This document shows, one piece after another, positions 57,851 through 64,000 of a stretch of DNA of 64,000 bases (position 1 is the stretch's first letter; every line of letters begins with the position of its first letter). Both the position numbers and the translations under genes were made by a program. The notes beneath the pieces were generated by a model. The model worked only from the letters and a program-made list of their open reading frames with translations. It did no database searches and was not told the origin of the DNA. Source of the DNA: Thermococcus sp. GTDB taxonomy: Archaea > Methanobacteriota_B > Thermococci > Thermococcales > Thermococcaceae. The stretch is from assembly GCA_027075325.1 (NCBI GenBank), contig JALTBN010000027.1:176032-240031 (forward strand). The letters are read 5' to 3'.

Positions 57851-58564
57851 ATGAAGTGGGAAGAGTGGGAGCCGTTCTACAGGAGGATAGCTGAGGAGAT
57901 GGGCTATTCAGTGGAGGGGGACAGAAAAGCCGCCCGAATACTGCGCGCCATCCTCCTCGAAGGGGACGACTACATCCTGCGGGAAGAGCTGGAGGCCGTC
58001 GTGGGGGAGAAGGTGCACGTCTTCGGCGCGGGCCCGAGCCTCGAAAGGGCTTTAAAGGAGTACGATTTCTCGGACGGAACTCTTATCTCCGCCGACGGTG
58101 CAACCTCAGCTCTCCTTGAAATCGGCCTTGTCCCGGACATCATTGTTACGGATCTCGATGGAAGGATTTCGGATTTGAAGATAGCCAATGACAGGGGCTC
58201 TTTCATGGTTGTCCACGCGCACGGGGACAACATTAATATGCTGACTTCATATGTCCCGCTCTTCTCAAGGGTTCTTGGAACAACCCAGGTGGAACCTTTG
58301 GATATCGTCTATAATTTCGGTGGCTTTACAGACGGCGACAGAGCCGTTTTCCTGGCCGAGGAGCTTGGGGCAAGGGAAATAATTCTCGTCGGTTTCGATT
58401 TCGGTGAGATTGTGGGTAAGTGGAGCAAACCCTCCCTGAGAGAGCACTCCCCAGTCTGGGAAACCAAGAGGAAGAAGTTCGAGTTTGCGGTGGAACTGCT
58501 CAGGTGGCTGGAAGAAAACGGAAAGGCAGTTATAAGGAAGGTAAATGCTGGGGAAACAGAATAA
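57851..58564 (+). CDS. mptE: 6-hydroxymethyl-7,8-dihydropterin pyrophosphokinase (MptE-like)
   Basis: GAGPSL, ADGA, VTDLDG, HAHGDN, FGGFTDGDRA, GFDF. Confidence 0.88.
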   Translation: MKWEEWEPFYRRIAEEMGYSVEGDRKAARILRAILLEGDDYILREELEAVVGEKVHVFGAGPSLERALKEYDFSDGTLISADGATSALLEIGLVPDIIVTDLDGRISDLKIANDRGSFMVVHAHGDNINMLTSYVPLFSRVLGTTQVEPLDIVYNFGGFTDGDRAVFLAEELGAREIILVGFDFGEIVGKWSKPSLREHSPVWETKRKKFEFAVELLRWLEENGKAVIRKVNAGETE

Positions 58565-58571
58565 GAAGATT

Positions 58572-59249
58572 TTAGGACTTCCCCTCCAGATGGGCCCTTT
58601 TGACCTCAAGAACTCCGAAGTAGTTGCACTCGTTCCACTTTTTCTCTACCTCATCGAAGACTATCCTGGCTTTGAAGAACGGCGCATCGCGGACGAAGGT
58701 CTCGAACTCACCGCCCTCGCCAGCGACGTGGATCCTGTACTTCTCGTGGAGCCTAACCAGCTCTTCTAGGGCACTCTCGTCTATCCTCCTTCCGAGCCAG
58801 CGCTCGTCGAGGCCGTAAGCAGAGACCCCAACCATAACGATGTCAAAGATGTCGATAAGCTCGCGCATGTAATCAACGGGGTCGCGGTGCCAGGCCGGAG
58901 CAAAGCTCTTAAGGCCGAGTTCCTCGGCAACTCTATCGACCCTCTGCTTTTGATACTCGCTCGCCAGGGCACCGGCGACGACCCCATCTATTTTCAACCC
59001 TTCAAGGACGGTCTTCATGTCCTCGACTTCCCTCTCCTTCTCGCCGCTCGTGAAGCCCTTGACGAGGGGAATCCCGATGGCCTTGGCCTGCAGCTCGGTT
59101 AGGTGGATGTTCGGGACGTGGTACATGTAACTTTCCTCGCTCTCGCTGACCATGCTGACGAGGTATTCCACCTCAAACCCCTGCTTCAGCGCCCAGTAGA
59201 GAGCGTAGTTCGAGTCTTTTCCGCCGGAATATAAGACAGCAACGCGCAT
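58572..59249 (-). CDS. dph6: Diphthine--ammonia ligase (PP-loop ATP pyrophosphatase)
   Basis: [30 protein letters not shown]. Confidence 0.9.
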   Translation of the reverse strand: MRVAVLYSGGKDSNYALYWALKQGFEVEYLVSMVSESEESYMYHVPNIHLTELQAKAIGIPLVKGFTSGEKEREVEDMKTVLEGLKIDGVVAGALASEYQKQRVDRVAEELGLKSFAPAWHRDPVDYMRELIDIFDIVMVGVSAYGLDERWLGRRIDESALEELVRLHEKYRIHVAGEGGEFETFVRDAPFFKARIVFDEVEKKWNECNYFGVLEVKRAHLEGKS

Positions 59250-59320
59250 CTCGCTCACCCGAAAGTTTCAAATCATAGCCACCTTAACATTACCGGACTT
59301 AGAACACGCTTAAAAAGGTG

Positions 59321-60616
59321 ATGCCAATGGAACCAAGAACGACAGTGATTCTCGCGGCCGGCCTCGGGACGAGGATGGGTGGGAAGCCAAAGGGACTCCT
59401 CAAAGTTGCAGGACGAGAGATTCTGTACCGAACGATGACGCTCCTCCAGCGGAACGGCGTTGAGCGGTTTGTAATCGTAACTAATGAGCGCTACGCGCAG
59501 CTTTACAGGGAGTTCTTAGAAAGGCACGGTTTTCCAGCGGAGGTGATCATCAACCCCGAACCCGAGAAGGGTAACGGACACTCCCTTCACCTCGCGAAGG
59601 GAAAGGCTTCTGGAAGGTTCGTTCTGGTGATGAGCGACCACGTTTATTCAGAGGCCTTCGTGGAGAGGTCCATTAAGGGAAACGGCCTCATAGCGGACAG
59701 AAGGCCGAGATGGGTTGATCTCAACGAGGCGACGAAGGTTAAGGTGGAAAACGGCCGTGTCGAGAGAATCGGGAAGAACCTCAAGGAGTGGGGCGCCGTT
59801 GACACCGGCTTCTTCATTCTCGACGGGAGCATTTTTGAGACAACAGAAGCGCTTGAGCGCGACAGGAACGGCGATTATTCACTCAGCGAGGTCGTTGAGA
59901 GGGCGAAGCTTCCGGTTACGTTCGTTGACGGCCTCGGCTGGACGGACGTTGACACTCCTGAAGAGATAAAAAGGGCAAGGCGGATGCTCGTCAAGACGGC
60001 AATAAAGGGGACCGGGGACGGTTTCGTCAGCAGGCACCTTAACAGGAAAATCTCAACCGAAATAAGCGCCCTCCTCGTGGACTGGGTCACGCCGAACGGG
60101 ATTACAGCCGTTACCTTTGCCCTCGGAATCCTTTCCGCCCTGCTGACCCTTGGGAACCTTCCTTTGGCGGGAATCCTCTACCAGCTCAGTTCCATCTTGG
60201 ACGGCGTTGACGGCGAGATAGCGAGGGCTTCCCTGAGGACGAGCAGGCTGGGCGGCTACATAGACTCAATCCTCGACCGCTACGTTGACGGGGCTTTTCT
60301 GGCTCTGTTGGCATACTCAACGCTGAACGAGCCTCCCTGGTACCTCATCGCGCTTTTAGCGCTCCTTGGCTCGGTGATGGTCAGCTACTCCACGGAGAGG
60401 TTCAAGGGGGCGTTCTGCAGGGACGCCTACTCGGAAGTGCCGGCCCTCAGGAAGCTGCCAGGAAAGAGGGACGAGAGGGTCTTCCTCACGATGCTCTTCC
60501 TGCTGTATCCCGCTCCCGTCTCAATAAAAGCGCTGTTTGTTATACTCGCAATTCTGACGAACCTGAGGGTTGCCATAGTTGTTTATGAGATTCTCAGATG
60601 GGGACAACGTTTATAA
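59321..60616 (+). CDS. Bifunctional IPCT/DIPPS (CTP:inositol-1-phosphate cytidylyltransferase / di-myo-inositol-phosphate-phosphate synthase)
   Basis: LAAGLGTRM..PKGL NTP-transferase domain fused to the CDP-alcohol motif DGVDGEIAR..S..GG..D...DRYVD. Confidence 0.93.
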   Translation: MPMEPRTTVILAAGLGTRMGGKPKGLLKVAGREILYRTMTLLQRNGVERFVIVTNERYAQLYREFLERHGFPAEVIINPEPEKGNGHSLHLAKGKASGRFVLVMSDHVYSEAFVERSIKGNGLIADRRPRWVDLNEATKVKVENGRVERIGKNLKEWGAVDTGFFILDGSIFETTEALERDRNGDYSLSEVVERAKLPVTFVDGLGWTDVDTPEEIKRARRMLVKTAIKGTGDGFVSRHLNRKISTEISALLVDWVTPNGITAVTFALGILSALLTLGNLPLAGILYQLSSILDGVDGEIARASLRTSRLGGYIDSILDRYVDGAFLALLAYSTLNEPPWYLIALLALLGSVMVSYSTERFKGAFCRDAYSEVPALRKLPGKRDERVFLTMLFLLYPAPVSIKALFVILAILTNLRVAIVVYEILRWGQRL

Positions 60617-60662
60617 TGCCATTGAAAATGGCCGGGGTAACCACCCTTGAGAGGGGATCGAA

Positions 60663-62426
60663 ATGACGACTAGGGGTTACATAAGAAAATGGCTGGCGAT
60701 AGGGGTCATAGTGGGCATCGTATCCGGATTGGGAGCTATAGTGTTCTACGAGATGATACACCTTTCGACAAAGTATCTTCTGGAGATGGGTTCCGGCTTC
60801 ATCCCACCAAAAGAAGGAACCCCCCTCTCCGAGGCACTTAAATGGAACCCTTCGGAGAACCCCATCCAGCTGATCCTAATCATGACCCTTGGCGGTCTGC
60901 TCTCCGGCCTTATAGTTTATACCTTCGCCCCGGAGGCTGAGGGGCATGGAACCGACGCGGCGATAAGGGCATTCCACAGGGAGAACGGAAAGATAAGCCC
61001 GAAGATACCCATTGTAAAAGCGATAGCCTCCGCCATAACCATTGGAAGCGGCGGAAGTGCAGGTAGAGAGGGACCAACGGCCCAGATATCAGCGGGGTTA
61101 GGTTCTCTCATAGCAGACGTGCTCAAGCTAAGTCCAGAGGACAGGAGGTTGGTAGTGGCGGTTGGAATCGGATCCGGTATAGGGAGTATCTTCAAAGCGC
61201 CTTTAGGCGGTGCCCTTCTGGCGGGGGAGATACTGTACAAAAGGGACATGGAAACTGAAGCCATAATACCCGCCTTGATAGCCTCTCCCATCGGATATCT
61301 AATATTCTGCTCCGTTGAGGGCTACGATCCGACTTTTATCATGCCGTCTGTTTCATTTGAACCGGTCCATATCCTGCTTTTCATGCTCCTGGGTGTTATA
61401 GAGGGAATCGTGGGCTTAGCCTATATCTACGCATTTTACGGAACGAAGGATGCCTTTTCAAACCTCTTCAAAAGGACAAACCTTCCGCCCCACATCAAAC
61501 CCGCCGTCGGGGCTTTTCTGTCCGGCCTCATAGTGGTTGCACTCGTTAAGTGGGTTGACCCGATGGCGGGTCTGGGGGCGGTTGGAACCGGCTACGGCTT
61601 CATCCAGCTCGCCATGTACAATGCCATCCCATGGAAAATACTCCTCATCATTGGAATTGCTAAGATTGTAACCACCTCACTGACGATAGGCAGCGGTGGA
61701 AGTGGAGGTGTCTTCGCCCCGGGTCTGGTCATTGGCGGCATGATTGGTGGGGCAACGGGAATGCTTCTCCATGCCGCCTTTCCGACTCTTGTCCCCCTAA
61801 GCCTGGTGCCGGCATTCGTAGCAATAGGAATGGTCTCCCTCTTCGGTGGGATATCCAAAGCCCCCCTCGCGAATATGGTAATGGTAAGCGAAATGACCAA
61901 CAATTATGAGTTCCTAGTTCCCGCCATGGCTGCGGTTTTTGTCTCGTACCTTATAACCGGGGACAGCACGATATACCAGGAACAGGTTGAAACCAGAGCC
62001 GACAGCCCTGCCCACACCCACGAGCTTCTCTCAATGACCCTCAGAAAACTGAAGGTCAGGGACGTGATGCTGCCCCTGGAGAATATTGTTTGGGTTTCGC
62101 CAGTTGATAGCCTCCTCAAGGCTCTGGAGCTGAGCATAAAGACACACCATAAGTGCCTGCCAGTCGTTGACGGAGAAAGGCTTGTTGGAATACTGGATGC
62201 TGAGGGAGCCGGAAAGATCCCACCGGAGAGGTGGGATTCCATTCCGGTTTCCGAGGTGATGCTCGCGGATATTCCGACAATTCATCCGGATGAGCCGCTG
62301 AGCAGTGCAATGCTCAAAATATCCCAAAGCGAAATGGAGTGCATACCGGTTGTTGATGAAGGGATGAAACTAGTGGGCCTGATTACAAAGGATGATATAG
62401 TGTCTGCACTTGCCTCGGAGATCTAA
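60663..62426 (+). CDS. CLC chloride channel/antiporter with C-terminal CBS pair
   Basis: GHGTD, GSAGREGP, GGVFAP, IY motifs; two CBS domains. Confidence 0.92.
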   Translation: MTTRGYIRKWLAIGVIVGIVSGLGAIVFYEMIHLSTKYLLEMGSGFIPPKEGTPLSEALKWNPSENPIQLILIMTLGGLLSGLIVYTFAPEAEGHGTDAAIRAFHRENGKISPKIPIVKAIASAITIGSGGSAGREGPTAQISAGLGSLIADVLKLSPEDRRLVVAVGIGSGIGSIFKAPLGGALLAGEILYKRDMETEAIIPALIASPIGYLIFCSVEGYDPTFIMPSVSFEPVHILLFMLLGVIEGIVGLAYIYAFYGTKDAFSNLFKRTNLPPHIKPAVGAFLSGLIVVALVKWVDPMAGLGAVGTGYGFIQLAMYNAIPWKILLIIGIAKIVTTSLTIGSGGSGGVFAPGLVIGGMIGGATGMLLHAAFPTLVPLSLVPAFVAIGMVSLFGGISKAPLANMVMVSEMTNNYEFLVPAMAAVFVSYLITGDSTIYQEQVETRADSPAHTHELLSMTLRKLKVRDVMLPLENIVWVSPVDSLLKALELSIKTHHKCLPVVDGERLVGILDAEGAGKIPPERWDSIPVSEVMLADIPTIHPDEPLSSAMLKISQSEMECIPVVDEGMKLVGLITKDDIVSALASEI

Positions 62427-62492
62427 TGTTTCGCAACCAAAAACTATTTAACTGCTATAAAATATCTTAGGACAACAAAGGAGGTGGAGAAA

Positions 62493-63641
62493 ATGGTCAG
62501 GGTTGTTATACTCGGACAGGGCTACGTTGCCAGCATCTTTGCGAGCGGGCTTGAGAAGATAAAGGCCGGAAAGCTCGAGCCGTACGGCGTTCCCCTCGCC
62601 GATGAGCTTCCGATTAAAATCAAGGATATAGAGATAGTAAGTTCTTACGACGTTGATACCAGCAAGGTCGGAAAGGACCTCTACGAGGTCGTCAGGGCCT
62701 ACGACCCCGAGGCCCCGGAGAGCCTTAAGGGGATAACCGTGAGGAAGGGCATACACCTGAGGAGCCTCAGGAACCTCCCGATTGAAGCGACCGGCCTCGA
62801 CGACGAGATGAGCCTCAAGGAGGCCGTTGACCACCTCGTGAGCGAGTGGAAGGAGCTTAAACCGGATGTCTTCGTCAACGTCTGTACCACCGAGGCCTTC
62901 GTCCCCTTCGAGAGCAGGGAGGAGCTTGAGAAGGCCATCGAAGAGGACAACCGCGACAGACTCACCGCGACTCAGGTTTACGTTTATGCCGCCGCCAAGT
63001 ACGCGAAGGAGGTTGGCGGTGCGGCCTTCGTCAACGCGATTCCAACTCTGATAGCAAACAACCCGGTCTACGTTGAACTCGCGAAGGAGAGCAACCTCGT
63101 GGTCTTCGGCGACGATGGAGCGACCGGTGCCACGCCGCTCACCGCCGACGTCCTCAGCCATCTCGCCCAGAGGAACAGGTACGTCCTCGACATAGCGCAG
63201 TTCAACATCGGCGGAAACAACGACTTCTTAGCGCTGACAGACAAAGAGCGCAACAAGAGCAAGGAGTTCACCAAGTCGAGCATAGTCAAGGACCTCCTCG
63301 GCTACGACGCGCCGCACTACATCAAGCCCACCGGCTTCCTCGAGCCGCTCGGCGACAAGAAGTTCATAGCGATGCACATCGAGTACGTCAGCTTCAACGG
63401 CGCCCACGACGAACTCGTCATCACCGGCAGGATAAACGACAGCCCCGCCCTTGCTGGCCTCCTCGTCGACCTCGTCAGGCTCGGAAAGATGGCGGTCGAG
63501 AAGAAGGAGTTCGGAACAGTTTACGAGGTCAACGCCTTCTACATGAAGAACCCGGGACCGGGGGACAGGAAGAGCGTTCCGAAGATAATAGCCTACGAGA
63601 AGCTGAGGCAGTGGGCTGGACTGGAGCCAAGGTGGCTTTGA
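62493..63641 (+). CDS. ino1: myo-inositol-1-phosphate synthase
   Basis: GQGYVAS, NAIPT, GDDGATG, QFNIGGNNDF, SKEFTKS, DSPAL. Confidence 0.94.
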   Translation: MVRVVILGQGYVASIFASGLEKIKAGKLEPYGVPLADELPIKIKDIEIVSSYDVDTSKVGKDLYEVVRAYDPEAPESLKGITVRKGIHLRSLRNLPIEATGLDDEMSLKEAVDHLVSEWKELKPDVFVNVCTTEAFVPFESREELEKAIEEDNRDRLTATQVYVYAAAKYAKEVGGAAFVNAIPTLIANNPVYVELAKESNLVVFGDDGATGATPLTADVLSHLAQRNRYVLDIAQFNIGGNNDFLALTDKERNKSKEFTKSSIVKDLLGYDAPHYIKPTGFLEPLGDKKFIAMHIEYVSFNGAHDELVITGRINDSPALAGLLVDLVRLGKMAVEKKEFGTVYEVNAFYMKNPGPGDRKSVPKIIAYEKLRQWAGLEPRWL

Positions 63642-63703
63642 ATTTCCCCGTTTTCCCCAAAACTTTTAATTCTCTCTGCCCTACTTTTCTCGGAGGGAAG
63701 TCG

Positions 63704-64000
63704 ATGAGCTGGAAGAGGGGAGCTTATCCGGAGTTCACCGTTGAAGATGCCGTTGCGGCGCTGTTCATTCTCAAGGAACCAGTGGGGAGGAAGGCCCTTG
63801 CGGAGATGCTTGACCTGGGAGAAGGAAGCATTAGGACACTTTTGAGGAAGCTTAACGGGCTCGATCTGATCCGATCCGCTCAAAGAGGGCACTCTTTAGG
63901 TGAAAGGGGATTGAAACTGGTCGAGAAGTTGTCGGAGGGGTTTTCAGAAGTCCGGAGCGTGGGGAGGATAGAGGGTTTTCCAGCCTACGCCCTGGCGGTG
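63704..64000 (+). CDS. Winged-helix DUF4443-like protein, partial at window end
   Basis: Manual translation gives MSWKRGAYPEFTVEDAVAALFILKEPVGRKALAEMLDLGEGSIRTLLRKL..QRGH. Confidence 0.7.
   Translation, partial: MSWKRGAYPEFTVEDAVAALFILKEPVGRKALAEMLDLGEGSIRTLLRKLNGLDLIRSAQRGHSLGERGLKLVEKLSEGFSEVRSVGRIEGFPAYALAV

Noticed and set aside
60617-60662. Fluoride riboswitch upstream of the CLC gene
   Set aside because: No GGCGATGG-type core, and the CLC lacks the fluoride-specific GNNLI/GREGT/GEVTP motifs.

Overview
This is an archaeal chromosomal window, almost certainly from Thermococcus (Thermococcales-type RNA polymerase operon, SerK, di-myo-inositol-phosphate genes). It has three parts. (1) 1-10.7 kb is core: rpoH-B-A'-A''-L30e-nusA-S12-S7, a decayed VapC/PIN remnant and tRNA-Gly(CCC). 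(2) About 10.7-38.9 kb is an apparently accessory redox/membrane-stress region. It opens with a periodic fold-back (REP/MITE-like) element at the tRNA 3' end. It carries a divergent TATA-binding protein, a SmsCB/SufCB pair, and two tandem tungsten-oxidoreductase (WOR/AOR family) large subunits with a BamB-like Cys/His signature, plus two polyferredoxin subunits and an FAD subunit. It also holds an OYE-family Fe-S flavoenzyme, a SPASM radical SAM and a B12 radical SAM (candidate GMGT lipid synthase and methylase), two TauE, one TDT and two Acr3/BASS transporters, two frameshifted genes, SurR boxes and a recurring 16-bp palindromic operator. (3) 39-64 kb is mostly housekeeping: serK, a C/D-box sRNA complementary to the 16S 5' end, nfeD-stomatin, pyrE, proC, HEPN-MNT, a peptide ABC transporter, mptE, dph6, and ipct/dipps-CLC-ips. 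All calls come from reading motifs by eye and from remembered family signatures; no database search was run.
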